Source: Cyanobacteriota bacterium
Lineage (GTDB): Bacteria > Cyanobacteriota > Cyanobacteriia > Thermostichales > Thermostichaceae
Length of the DNA: 64,000 bases
NCBI GenBank assembly: GCA_033764955.1
Contig: JANRIL010000019.1
Span: forward strand, 116,098 to 180,097
Direction of reading: 5' to 3'
The notes under the pieces were generated by a model. The model saw only the letters and a program-made list of their open reading frames with translations, made no database searches and was not told the origin of the DNA. This document shows positions 40,763-50,595 of the stretch, piece after piece (the first letter of the stretch is position 1; each line of letters starts with the position of its first letter). A program made the translations under genes and the position numbers.

Positions 40763-41320
40763 ATGAACCTATCATCTAACCTGACTAAGCTGGCGCTTGC
40801 TTTTCCGGCCACACTACTGGTAGCTAGCGTAGCCACTGCCTATCCCTGTAATCGTGCCAAGTCGGTCAACGTTGTGGAAACCTCTTCCCAACGGATCCGC
40901 ATTGAACAGGTGGATTCCCCTTCCGGGACTATTTTTCGGGTGATCCCCGCGTCTTTTTCTTCTGACCCACAAGCCACTGGTTTTATTGGGGTTGCCATTG
41001 AGCAACTCACTCCTGAGCGGGCTGAAGATCTGAATCGGCAACGCACCTTTGGTCGCTCCATTCCTGAAACGGAAGGGGTATTGGTCTTGAGAACCCTCAG
41101 CGATGGCCCCGCCGAACTGGCTGGCTTACAAGCCGGAGATGTGCTGTTGGGGGTAAATGGCGAAATGGTGACGAGTGTGCAGCAGGTGCAACAGTTGATT
41201 GGCGGTAGCCAGGTGGGACAGATGGTTCCTGTTACCTACCAGCGGGGTCGGGCTGTTGATACCACGGTGGTGTCGGTGGGGGATGCTCAGGTGCTGCGGG
41301 GCAGAATGCTCAGAGAATAG
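40763..41320 (+). CDS. Secreted single-PDZ-domain protein
   Basis: Signal peptide, GFIGV...GVLV...DGPAELAGLQAGDV; no trypsin domain. Confidence 0.8.
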   Translation: MNLSSNLTKLALAFPATLLVASVATAYPCNRAKSVNVVETSSQRIRIEQVDSPSGTIFRVIPASFSSDPQATGFIGVAIEQLTPERAEDLNRQRTFGRSIPETEGVLVLRTLSDGPAELAGLQAGDVLLGVNGEMVTSVQQVQQLIGGSQVGQMVPVTYQRGRAVDTTVVSVGDAQVLRGRMLRE

Positions 41321-41349
41321 CTCCGGTTAGATAGCTTGCAACAATGGGG

Positions 41350-41385
41350 GTGGCGACTGGATCGGGTTGCCACTTTCGTTGTTTT
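41350..41385 (+). terminator. Intrinsic terminator
   Basis: GTGGCGAC-loop-GTTGCCAC followed by TTTCGTTGTTTT. Confidence 0.55.
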
Positions 41386-41467
41386 ATAGGTTGGGGGTGG
41401 GGGCTAATGGGTCGGCGGGGAGGCATCCCCAGCTTGTAGAAGATAGAAGATATAGGAGATAGACCCT

Positions 41468-41767
41468 GTGATTGTGGTGGTTTGTTTGGTCAATGCCCTG
41501 TTATTTTTGGCTTTGCTCTGGGCTTTGCCTGCCATCTGGGGAGTGCGGGAAGCCTTACGCATCACAGCGGGGCTGATGACGGAGTGGGCGGAGGCGGCAG
41601 AGGCAGCCTTGCACCCCGCGCCCGCCGCACTGGGGCAGTTACGGCAATCCTTACGGCAAAGCCGCGCCCGTTTGACGGAATGGCAACAACGGTTGAAGCT
41701 GTGGCGGGGGCTGATGGGTGTGGGGCGTTGGGTGTGGCAACAATGGATCGGCTCGGCGGCGAGGTAA
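41468..41767 (+). CDS. Small hypothetical membrane protein
   Basis: AGGAG upstream of a GTG start; N-terminal TM segment; ends 6 nt before the next gene. Confidence 0.55.
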   Translation: MIVVVCLVNALLFLALLWALPAIWGVREALRITAGLMTEWAEAAEAALHPAPAALGQLRQSLRQSRARLTEWQQRLKLWRGLMGVGRWVWQQWIGSAAR

Positions 41768-41773
41768 CCAGGC

Positions 41774-43381
41774 ATGACCGCTTTCGGGATCCCCTCCCCC
41801 AACCCTATCCAAACCGAGGTGATGGCCAGTGCGTTGGCGGGTATTGCCGAAGAAATGGGGGCACGTCTAATCCAAGCATCCTATTCCTCCAATATTAAGG
41901 AGCGGCGGGACTGTTCCACAGCTCTCTTCGATGGGGGGGGGCGGCTGTTGGCGCAGGCGGCGCATATTCCTGTCCATTTGGGGGCATTGGCGGAAGCGGT
42001 GCAGGCGGTGATGGCCTGTCAACCCCAGCCTGGGGATAGCTATCTGCTCAACGATCCCTTTCATGGGGGATCCCATTTGCCGGATCTAACGTTGGTGACG
42101 GCGATGGGTAGCTTGGCGGATCCCGAACGGGTGGTGGCGTTTGCGGTGAATCGCGCTCACCACGCTGATGTCGGGGGGATGCGTCCCGGATCGATGCCCG
42201 CCGATTCCACTGATATTTGGCAGGAGGGACTGGTGATTCCGCCGATCCGGTTGGCTCGTTGGCGGCAGGGAGAACCGGAATGGGATCCCATGGTGCTACG
42301 CCTGATTTTGGCGAATGTGCGGCGACCGGAACAACGGCGGGGAGATTTGTTAGCGCAACTGGGGGCTAACCGAGTCGGCTTCCAACGGTTTCATGAGTTG
42401 CTCCGCCAACAGGGGGAAGCCACCGTTTGGCAGCGCATCCAGCAGGTGATCGACTCCAGTGAACAGCGGATGCGAGCCTGCATTGAAGCGTTACCCGACG
42501 GGGAGTATGCCGCCACTGACTATCTGGAACCGGACGATTGGAATCCGCAAGGGATCCGCTTGCAGGTGGTGGTCAGGGTGAAAGGATCCGATCTGGAGGT
42601 GGATTTTTCGGGAACTGAGGCAGCGGTTGTCAACAATTTGAATGCCCCTTTGGCAGTGACCCGCTCGGCGGTATTGTTTGCCCTGCGCTGTTTGCTCGAT
42701 CCGACGGCTCCCAGCAATGGGGGCAGTGAGCGGCCTTTGCATATTCACGTTCCGGTGGGATGTCTATTAAATGCCCAATTTCCGGCGGCGGTGGTGGCGG
42801 GCAATGTGGAAACCTCGCAGCGGGTAGCAGATCTACTCTTAACCGCTTTATCCCCTGTAGCCGGAGAACGGGCAATGGCTCAGGGACAAGGCACGATGAA
42901 CAACGTGATTCTGGGTAACGCTCATTTCACCTATTACGAGACGTTAGGGGGAGGGCAGGGGGCTAGTCAACGAGGACCAGGACTGGACGGCGTGCATGTG
43001 GGAATGAGCAACACCCTCAATACTCCCATCGAAAGCCTGGAGTTGGAATATCCCCTGCGGGTGATCGCCTATCAACTGCGGAGTGACAGTGGCGGGGCAG
43101 GGCAGCAGCGAGGGGGATGGGGATTAACTCGTTCCCTACAGATTTTGGAGAACTGCACCCTTTCGTTATTAACCGAGCGACGCCGTTTTGCTCCCCAAGG
43201 ACTGGCACAGGGATCCCCTGGGCAGGTCGGGCAAAATCTGGTGAATGGACAACCGATCGCGGGCAAGACGTCCTGTCGGTTGCGGGCGGGGGATATGCTC
43301 ACCCTCCATACGCCGGGTGGGGGAGGGTTTGGGGATGCAGAGGTGGGGACGGTGAATGTAGTTTCCACTACAGAAAGCTAA
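41774..43381 (+). CDS. Hydantoinase B / 5-oxoprolinase family protein
   Basis: SSNIKERRDCS, HIPVHLG, NDPFHGGSHLPD, HHADVGG, TPGGGG. Confidence 0.92.
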   Translation: MTAFGIPSPNPIQTEVMASALAGIAEEMGARLIQASYSSNIKERRDCSTALFDGGGRLLAQAAHIPVHLGALAEAVQAVMACQPQPGDSYLLNDPFHGGSHLPDLTLVTAMGSLADPERVVAFAVNRAHHADVGGMRPGSMPADSTDIWQEGLVIPPIRLARWRQGEPEWDPMVLRLILANVRRPEQRRGDLLAQLGANRVGFQRFHELLRQQGEATVWQRIQQVIDSSEQRMRACIEALPDGEYAATDYLEPDDWNPQGIRLQVVVRVKGSDLEVDFSGTEAAVVNNLNAPLAVTRSAVLFALRCLLDPTAPSNGGSERPLHIHVPVGCLLNAQFPAAVVAGNVETSQRVADLLLTALSPVAGERAMAQGQGTMNNVILGNAHFTYYETLGGGQGASQRGPGLDGVHVGMSNTLNTPIESLELEYPLRVIAYQLRSDSGGAGQQRGGWGLTRSLQILENCTLSLLTERRRFAPQGLAQGSPGQVGQNLVNGQPIAGKTSCRLRAGDMLTLHTPGGGGFGDAEVGTVNVVSTTES

Positions 43382-43399
43382 GGGAGAGGGGCTTAGCGT
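43357..43399 (+). promoter_or_regulatory. NtcA-activated (class II) promoter
   Basis: TGTAGTTTCCACTACA (GTA-N8-TAC at 43358-43371), then N22, then TAGCGT (43394-43399). Confidence 0.7.
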
Positions 43400-43430
43400 G
43401 AGGGCGTTACGTGATACTCTGCAACCCTCC

Positions 43431-44558
43431 ATGCCTATGTCTTTTGTGAAGTCTTTTCTCCCCCTATTGACCACGCTAGCGGCTGGGGTGACCACCTTAA
43501 CAGTAACGGCTTTTTCTGGCCTAACCCTGCGGGCTGCCCCACTTGTAGATACCCATCCTCCCCTATTGGCGCAAAATCAATCCCTCACCCCCGTCAAATT
43601 CACCTTGTCTTGGCTATTGCAGGGAGTAGATGCCCCCCTCACTACCGCTATCGAAAAGGGCTACTTTGCGGAGGAAGGGTTGCAGGTCACGTTTGAACGG
43701 GGATTTGGCTCCGCCGACTCGATTGGCAAGATTGCAGCAGGTCAATACGATCTGGGGTTTGGGGATCCCTATTCGATGATCGAGTTTAACGAAAAGAACC
43801 CTGACCAAAAGCTGATCACGATTGCGGTTCCCTACAACAAAGCCCCCTTCACGATCATTTCTTTGAAAAAATCTGGCATCAATAGCCCTGCTGATCTGGC
43901 AGGCAAAAAATTGGGTGCGCCCGCCGGAGATGCCCCCCGCCGCCTCTGGCCTGTGTTTGCCAGTCAAACCGGAGTCCCGGTGGATGGGGTGGAATGGATC
44001 ACGATGGAGGCCAAGTTGCGCGAGACCTTTTTGCTGCAAGGGCAGGTGGATGCTATCAGTGGCTTTGTTTATTCGGCGTTGCCCTCCCTAATCAAAGGGG
44101 GAGCAGGAGTAGAGGACCTCAATATTTTCTACTACACCGACAATGGTTTAGATTTTTATGGCAACTCTGTGATTACGCGGGTAGATTATGCTCAAAAAAA
44201 TCCTGAAGTTCTGAAAAAATTTCTAAAAGCCTACATTCGTGGCATTCAAGATACGATTCGGGATCCGGCGGCAGGCTTAGCCACCGTCCTCAAGGCGGAT
44301 ACGGGGGGGCTGATGCAGGAGGCAGATGAAAAGCTGCGTCTTCAGTTGGTGCTGGATCGCTTGCTGATCAACCCGGAGGTGGAGGCCAATGGTTTAGCAA
44401 CGGTGGATCCGGTACGTTTTCAAAAAAGTATTGAACAAACCGTCCAAGGCTTTGGGTTAGCCAGCCAACCCCCGTTAGAAGCCGTTTTTGACGATAGCTT
44501 TTTGCCCCCCAAAGAGGAGCGTTTGTTACCTCCTGCCAGCGAACGCCAGTCTCTCTAA
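43431..44558 (+). CDS. ABC transporter substrate-binding protein, NMT1/THI5-like
   Basis: Signal peptide, FTLSW, KGYFAEEGL, GFGSAD, GQVDAI, YGN motifs. ATG 43431 or 43437 lies downstream of the NtcA promoter. Confidence 0.85.
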   Translation: MPMSFVKSFLPLLTTLAAGVTTLTVTAFSGLTLRAAPLVDTHPPLLAQNQSLTPVKFTLSWLLQGVDAPLTTAIEKGYFAEEGLQVTFERGFGSADSIGKIAAGQYDLGFGDPYSMIEFNEKNPDQKLITIAVPYNKAPFTIISLKKSGINSPADLAGKKLGAPAGDAPRRLWPVFASQTGVPVDGVEWITMEAKLRETFLLQGQVDAISGFVYSALPSLIKGGAGVEDLNIFYYTDNGLDFYGNSVITRVDYAQKNPEVLKKFLKAYIRGIQDTIRDPAAGLATVLKADTGGLMQEADEKLRLQLVLDRLLINPEVEANGLATVDPVRFQKSIEQTVQGFGLASQPPLEAVFDDSFLPPKEERLLPPASERQSL

Positions 44559-44594
44559 CGATAAACTGGAGGGAGTTTCACCACTGAGCGGCCT

Positions 44595-45656
44595 ATGAAT
44601 CCCCAAGCGGTTGCCCGTGTTCTGGATGCTAACCTCGATCGTGCGCGGGAGGGGTTACGGGTTTTAGAAGAGTGGTTTCGCTTGGGGTTGGAGTCGGTAA
44701 ACTGGGCGGCGGAATGCAAGGATATGCGCCAGGAGCTAGGGGGGTGGCATCACCCCAGTTTGCGCTCTGCCCGAGATATCACCACCGATCCCGGCACCCA
44801 ACTGGAGCATCCCCAGGAGCAACAACGTCGGGATTTGGAACACCTTTTGCAGGCCAATTGCAGCCGCGTGCAGGAGTCGCTGCGGGTATTGGAGGAATAC
44901 GGCAAATTGGGGGAATCTCGGCAGTGGTTGCCCCCCACTATGCCCCAGGTCTGTAAACAGATGCGCTATCGTCTCTACGAAATGGAGAGCATTTTGCTGG
45001 CTACGACTTTACGTCGCCGCCTAGAACGGGCGCAGCTTTATTTGATCACCAGTCCGATCGAGGGTTGGCTAGCCGCTGTGGAACAGGCATTGCAAGGGGG
45101 TGTCACTCTCGTGCAGTATCGCCACAAAACCGCTACCCCACGAGAAAAATTACGGGACTTAGAGCAGCTCAAGCTCCTCTGTCAGCGCTATCACGCTTTG
45201 CTCATCGTCAACGATCATGTGGATTTAGCCCTGCTGGTGGATGCCGATGGGGTACATCTCGGACAGACGGACATGCCCGTGGCGGCGGCTCGCCAATTAC
45301 TGGGATCCCAGAAGCTGATCGGGCAATCGACCACCAATAGCCAGGAGTTACAGGCGGCTCTGGCGACTTCTGCGGATTATGTGGGGGTTGGGCCGGTCTA
45401 TGCTACCCCCACCAAAGCCGGCAAAGCCCCCGCCGGACTGGATTATGTGCGTTTAGCGGCTGCGACCGTCCGCCTGCCTTGGTTCGCCATTGGTGGAATT
45501 GACGCCGACAATTTGCCGGCAGTCTGTGCCGCCGGAGCCAGCCGAGTGTCGGTCGTGCGTTCCTTGATGGAGGCGGTGGATCCGGCTCAAACGGCACGGC
45601 TCATGTTGACCCAGATACAATCCCAGACCACAACGATCCCGGTCAGCGGTTGTTGA
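44595..45656 (+). CDS. thiE: Thiamine-phosphate synthase (cyanobacterial long form)
   Basis: DANLDRAREGLRVLEE N-domain; QYRHK, ND..D, GVHLGQ.D, TPTK, AIGGI. Confidence 0.95.
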   Translation: MNPQAVARVLDANLDRAREGLRVLEEWFRLGLESVNWAAECKDMRQELGGWHHPSLRSARDITTDPGTQLEHPQEQQRRDLEHLLQANCSRVQESLRVLEEYGKLGESRQWLPPTMPQVCKQMRYRLYEMESILLATTLRRRLERAQLYLITSPIEGWLAAVEQALQGGVTLVQYRHKTATPREKLRDLEQLKLLCQRYHALLIVNDHVDLALLVDADGVHLGQTDMPVAAARQLLGSQKLIGQSTTNSQELQAALATSADYVGVGPVYATPTKAGKAPAGLDYVRLAAATVRLPWFAIGGIDADNLPAVCAAGASRVSVVRSLMEAVDPAQTARLMLTQIQSQTTTIPVSGC

Positions 45657-45781
45657 AAATTTTGCAACATCACAAGCGACTTTGGTTGATTGGTTGCACT
45701 AGAATTGCTATACCGTTTCAGAAGCCTACTATAGTGGAGATTGCTAAAGTGTATTGAACTTAAGTGCTAACAGCCAACTGG

Positions 45782-46837
45782 CTAACGGGAGGTACAAACT
45801 TGGGATCCCACCTGCTGACGGATGGCTTGCAGTTGCTCCAGTTTGGCCAAGGCATCTCCAGCAGCCAAAATGGCTTGAGCAAGCGCCATACCCGCCCGTA
45901 AATCCGCTGCATGACCCGCCTGCCAGAGATAAAATCCGCCATTCCACACCACGGCTGCTGATAGAGGAGTGAGGGATCCCTCTAGCGTTTGCTGCATTTG
46001 CTCAATCAAGAGGGGGAAATCCGGCAAGGGGGGAGAAGCCGCCGCCATCCCATAGTCGCGGGGGCGCAGCAACAACCGCTCCTGACCCAGGCTCAAAATC
46101 ACCGTCCGATCCTGAGGCAAATCACAACTGCCCTCCAAGCCTTTGACCGTGATCCACGACTCAACCCCCCGCAAGCTCAAGGTAGTGTGCATCGTCTCCT
46201 CAGTCGGGGGATGGACAAACCCAGATATCAAACGAAACGAGCCAGCATAGGGAGTCCAGATCAGTTCAAGGGTGGCTAAAGGAGGCCGTTTGCCTATTTG
46301 ATCGCGGTAGCTCATCAACATCTGCGCTGCTGGGAAATGATCGGGCAGATAGAGAAACCCCAGCCCTGTTGCCTGCAAAATCTGCCCCATCTCGGCCAAC
46401 TCCAGCCCCCGCCAATCCACCCCTAACCCTAACCAGAGATCGAGTAAGGGGATCCCGTATTTGGTGGGGCATCGCCCAGAACCATGCAACAGCACAGGGG
46501 ATCCCGCTACCGCCAGGAGGAGAGCCACCAACGCCGCCAGCGGAGCCGTGCGCGACCGCCCATCATAGGGATGCCCGAAGATGAGCAGGGGACGAGCCAG
46601 GGGTAAGGGGGGGAGCAGTGGACCCAGTTCGCTGTAGGCATCAAGCATTCCCGCCAATTCAGATGGAGTAGGACGTTTAATGCGGTGGGCAATCAAAAAA
46701 GCGCCGATTTGAGCCGGAGTGGCTTCCCCCGTCAGCATCATTCGCATGGCTTGGGCGGCTTCTTCCCGATTGAGATCCTGGCTGGTGTGCTGTCCACTGC
46801 CTACTTTTTTCACCCATTCCCGAAAGCGTTCACTCAT
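45782..46837 (-). CDS. cnaT: Anthranilate phosphoribosyltransferase-like protein, CnaT-like
   Basis: FREWVKKVGSG, AQIGAFLIAHRIK, YDGRSR, GFVHPP; lies directly downstream of an ntcB-like gene. Confidence 0.72.
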   Translation of the reverse strand: MSERFREWVKKVGSGQHTSQDLNREEAAQAMRMMLTGEATPAQIGAFLIAHRIKRPTPSELAGMLDAYSELGPLLPPLPLARPLLIFGHPYDGRSRTAPLAALVALLLAVAGSPVLLHGSGRCPTKYGIPLLDLWLGLGVDWRGLELAEMGQILQATGLGFLYLPDHFPAAQMLMSYRDQIGKRPPLATLELIWTPYAGSFRLISGFVHPPTEETMHTTLSLRGVESWITVKGLEGSCDLPQDRTVILSLGQERLLLRPRDYGMAAASPPLPDFPLLIEQMQQTLEGSLTPLSAAVVWNGGFYLWQAGHAADLRAGMALAQAILAAGDALAKLEQLQAIRQQVGSQVCTSR

Positions 46838-46895
46838 AGTTGATGCTCAAACCACATGTCTCAACCTTTCTTCCCTAACTGGATCTACCCCACCA

Positions 46896-47837
46896 TCAAC
46901 CCACCACAGCTAGCGGACTAACCCTAGGAACACTGGCTTGAGCCGTTTTGGGGATTAGCTCTGTGGCTAACTGAAAGAACCGTTGAATCGGCGGGATCCC
47001 TTGCCGATCTGAGGTGGTTACCAACACCACCTGCCGCCGGAGGACGGGTTCAACGGTAGGGCGGACCGTCAATTCAGGGGTTTGGATCAGGTCACCCATC
47101 GCCGAGAGGGGCAATAGCGCCACCAGATTGCCTTGCTTAACTACCCCGCGAAAAGCATCCAGGGTATTCAACTCTAGCGCGGCCTGTAGGGATAATCCCA
47201 GGGAGTGCAGATGATTTTGCACCAGGCTACGCATACCATACCCATCCTTAAAAACAACCTGGGGATAGCTGGCTAACCGATCCCAAGGGATGGCGGGCCA
47301 AGCACTTAACGGATGATCCTCAGCCATTAGGACATGAATCGGTTCTTCATAGAGAGGCTCAACTACCATCTCTGGGGTGCGGGTGAGCAGGGGGTTATCC
47401 ATCACAATCGCCACATCCACCAGCCCATCTTTCAAAACTTTTAAGGCTCGATCACTGCCAAGAGCGGTCACCCGCAGTTGTGTTTGCGGATAGTCTTTAC
47501 AAAATTGTTCAAGAACGGGGGGCAAATAATAGGCGCAGAGGGAGTGAATGCCGGCAATACAAAGTTCCTGTTGTTGACCCTTCAGCAACTCGCTGATCTC
47601 CGCTTGCACCCGTCCCCATTCCTGGCAGATCTTGCGGGCATGGGGCAGCAGGCGCTCTCCAGCCAAAGTGAGTTTGACTTGATTGGTGCGATGCAGCAGT
47701 GAAGTACCGAGATCCTCTTCTAGCGCTTGCACCTGCCGACTGACGGTAGACTGGGTCACACCACAGGCACGGGCGGCGGCTTGAAAACTCCCCCTTTCAA
47801 TCACGGCCACAAAAGCCTGTAGCTGCTCGATTCGCAC
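46896..47837 (-). CDS. ntcB: LysR-family regulator, NtcB-like
   Basis: LysR HTH (MRIEQLQAF...GVTQSTVSRQ), LGSDRALKVL; linked to a cnaT-like gene and preceded by an NtcA site. Confidence 0.72.
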   Translation of the reverse strand: MRIEQLQAFVAVIERGSFQAAARACGVTQSTVSRQVQALEEDLGTSLLHRTNQVKLTLAGERLLPHARKICQEWGRVQAEISELLKGQQQELCIAGIHSLCAYYLPPVLEQFCKDYPQTQLRVTALGSDRALKVLKDGLVDVAIVMDNPLLTRTPEMVVEPLYEEPIHVLMAEDHPLSAWPAIPWDRLASYPQVVFKDGYGMRSLVQNHLHSLGLSLQAALELNTLDAFRGVVKQGNLVALLPLSAMGDLIQTPELTVRPTVEPVLRRQVVLVTTSDRQGIPPIQRFFQLATELIPKTAQASVPRVSPLAVVG

Positions 47838-47964
47838 AAATAGTCCTCTTAATTTTTGATCTTTAATTAATTTCGTTAATGTTGCTCGAATAGACTCCGA
47901 TGCCGACTTGTAGATCCGAAGAGTTTGAGCGACCTCTACGCCCCTTCAACGGTTGGGTGGGTCG

Positions 47965-48007
47965 ATCTTAGGGCAGCCGCCTCTTTAGCATTTGTAAGAA
48001 CCGTTAC
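47965..48007 (-). promoter_or_regulatory. NtcA-activated promoter of ntcB
   Basis: Minus strand GTAACGGTTCTTAC (48007-47994), then N23, then TAAGAT (47970-47965). Confidence 0.7.
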
Positions 48008-48143
48008 GATCCTTGCAAGTCCTTGTTGGGCTGATATCCTTCCTGATCGGGATTCTGAATCAGGCGGGAAAGGAGTATGAGGTGGACAGGCAAGTTGCTT
48101 CTTCATCCGTTTGGCTAAGTTGGATGCGGGTGACTCTGGGATA

Positions 48144-49013
48144 TTAGCGCTGTCGTTGCCAAAACAACAGGCGTTTTTCCAAGAGGTCAATACTCTGCAC
48201 CAAGCCAATCCCTAAGCCTGCTGCCACCAGCATGATCACCCACAATCCCACCATGTCGCTGTAATAGGAACGACTCAGCAGCATCGGCCCCAATCCGGCA
48301 AAGCTGACAATCGAGATCTCCGCCACAATGGATCCCACCAATGCCATCGCCGCCGAAATTTTTAGACTAGTCAACAAAATCGGCAGGGCAATCGGCAACC
48401 GCAGCCAAACATAGACCTGCCAGGCCCGAGCGTGATAGGTGTGCATCAAATCCAGTTGCAGGGAGGGAACGCTGCGTAAGCCTTTGGCAATCCCAATCGA
48501 CAATGGGAAAAAAGCAATGTAGGCCGCCACAATCCCTTTGGGCAAAAGCCCCTGCACACCATATTGCCCCAATAAAACCGCCAAAACAGGAGCCAGGGCA
48601 ACAATCGGCACATTTTGGGAGGCCACGATCCAGGGCAAAATCATCCGCTCACTAGCCCGCGACATCACCAGCAAAGTTGCGGTGAGCAATCCCAGCGTGA
48701 GGGCTAAAGCCAAACCTAACAGGGTTTCCCCCAGGGTGATCAAGCCGTTAAACAAAACCGTATCGGTGGAGAAGAGGGGGGTGGCCATCTGGTAAAACCC
48801 TCTCAACAACTGGGGGGGCGAGGGAATGATCGGGTTACGCAACTGAAAGGCGCAGGCAAACACTGAGGAGCAATCGGCATTGCCTCTCGCCAGCAGATCC
48901 TGGGATCCCGACCAATTGGTCAGCAGCATGAGGGGCACCCAGAGCAAGAGGATCGCTCCCCCCACCAGCAACGGCGGCAACCAAGGCGGGGTGGCAGGGG
49001 GAGGGTTAGGCAT
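48144..49013 (-). CDS. ABC transporter permease (SsuC/TauC/CytW-like)
   Basis: SQNVPIVALAP and the EAA-like loop KGLRSV...LRLP..LP. Confidence 0.88.
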   Translation of the reverse strand: MPNPPPATPPWLPPLLVGGAILLLWVPLMLLTNWSGSQDLLARGNADCSSVFACAFQLRNPIIPSPPQLLRGFYQMATPLFSTDTVLFNGLITLGETLLGLALALTLGLLTATLLVMSRASERMILPWIVASQNVPIVALAPVLAVLLGQYGVQGLLPKGIVAAYIAFFPLSIGIAKGLRSVPSLQLDLMHTYHARAWQVYVWLRLPIALPILLTSLKISAAMALVGSIVAEISIVSFAGLGPMLLSRSYYSDMVGLWVIMLVAAGLGIGLVQSIDLLEKRLLFWQRQR

Positions 49014-49833
49014 AGACTTCCCGTAGGCTTTCTAGCACCTGCGTGGTCAGTTGAAAGAAGCGGGGATCCTTCCAGGTCTCAAAGCCACGGGGCTGAGGCA
49101 AATCGATGGGGATGATCTGGGCAATCTGCCCGGGATTAGGGGTCATCACCACTACCCGTGTGGAGAGAAAGACGGCCTCTTGAATAGAGTGGGTGACAAA
49201 AAAGATGGTTTTATGGGTGGCTTCCCAAAGGCGCAACAGTTCTAAATTCATCTTTTCACGGGTGATCTCATCCAACGCTCCAAAGGGTTCGTCCATCAGC
49301 AAGACATCGGGATCAAACGCCAAGGCGCGGGCAATCGACACCCGTTGCTGCATCCCCCCCGACAGTTGCCAGGGGTAGTTGTGGTGAAACAACTCCAGTC
49401 CGACCAGTTTCAGCATAGTGCGGGCTTTTTCCAGCCGTTCGGCGGCGGGCCAGTTCATCACCTGCAACGGCAGCAGCACGTTTTGCAGGGCGGTTCGCCA
49501 TTCTAAGAGGGTGGGAGCCTGAAAAATATAGCCGTATAAACGGTCTTGGCGAGCCTGCTGGGGAGAGCGTCCGGCCATTTGCACCGTTCCCTGGGTGGGT
49601 TGATCCAAATCCGCCAAAATTCTCAATAGCGTGGTTTTGCCACAGCCGGAAGGGCCAATCAAGGCAATAAACTCCCCCGCTGCCACCTCCAGGCTGACAT
49701 GGTGCAGCGCCACTACGGGATCCCGTCCCAACACCGGATAGATTTTGGAAACCCCCTGCACAGTAACCAATGGGGCAGGAGAGCCTTGAGGTTGAGAATG
49801 GGTAAGCAGGCAGGGATCAGTCAAATTAGTCAT
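49006..49833 (-). CDS. ABC transporter ATP-binding protein (SsuB/TauB-like)
   Basis: GPSGCGKTT, LSGGMQQR, MDEPFGALD; overlaps the permease start codon. Confidence 0.93.
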   Translation of the reverse strand: MTNLTDPCLLTHSQPQGSPAPLVTVQGVSKIYPVLGRDPVVALHHVSLEVAAGEFIALIGPSGCGKTTLLRILADLDQPTQGTVQMAGRSPQQARQDRLYGYIFQAPTLLEWRTALQNVLLPLQVMNWPAAERLEKARTMLKLVGLELFHHNYPWQLSGGMQQRVSIARALAFDPDVLLMDEPFGALDEITREKMNLELLRLWEATHKTIFFVTHSIQEAVFLSTRVVVMTPNPGQIAQIIPIDLPQPRGFETWKDPRFFQLTTQVLESLREVYA

Positions 49834-50046
49834 GAGGAATTAGCAGAAGCATCGACAAAATTATTGGGGAGGATGGGCATACTCTCTATTAGAGATCTGG
49901 AGAGGAATTCTGACCAGTAGGGATCCCTGGTTGTTTCTTAAGATTCGTGCATCCGCTACCCAATTCTGACAAACTCAAGCAGTTTCAAGAAGATCTCTAG
50001 TCAGATCTGCTTAAATCGATGAGGAGGCAGATTCCTGGGTCATGCT

Positions 50047-50595
50047 ATGTATTCATCTGATGCCGCACCCGTGAAAGGGGCGATCAACCTACTCAAAAAC
50101 TATGCCGTGGGGGATCGCAGCTTTTTGAGAGCCGATTTAGAGAAAGCAGATCTGCGGGGCATAACCCTAACCGGGGTGGATCTATCAAGCGCTAACCTGC
50201 ATGAGGCCAACCTGACCGGCATCTCCCTCCGCAATGTTAATCTGGCCGAGGCCAAGTTGATGGGGGTCAATTTGCGGGATGCCTATCTCAAAAACGTCTC
50301 CTTGAGCCATGCCGATCTAACAGGAGCCAATTTGATCGGGGCGAATCTGCGTGGGGTAGATCTGAGTGGATCCCGCTTGGGGGGAACCAATCTGAAAGAG
50401 ACCTATTTCAAAGATGTCAACTTTAGCCAAGCCAAAATGATCGGAACGGCATTTAGCGGTGCCAAGTTTGTAGGAGTAGATTTTAGCCAAGCTAACTTGA
50501 GTGAGGCCTATTGGAAGGGAGCTATTTATGATGTCAACACCCGTTTCCCTGAGGGTTTTGATCCCGTGAAAGCTGGTATGCAAAAAGCGGAGTGA
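50047..50595 (+). CDS. Pentapeptide repeat protein
   Basis: A(D/N)LXX repeats; C-terminal TRFPEGFDP; GAGGAGG upstream. Confidence 0.9.
   Translation: MYSSDAAPVKGAINLLKNYAVGDRSFLRADLEKADLRGITLTGVDLSSANLHEANLTGISLRNVNLAEAKLMGVNLRDAYLKNVSLSHADLTGANLIGANLRGVDLSGSRLGGTNLKETYFKDVNFSQAKMIGTAFSGAKFVGVDFSQANLSEAYWKGAIYDVNTRFPEGFDPVKAGMQKAE

Noticed and set aside
43380..44600. TPP riboswitch near the THI5-like binding protein or thiE
   Set aside because: No TPP aptamer core (GGG..CTGAGA...GATAA...GGAA-type) seen, and the intergenic gaps are too short.
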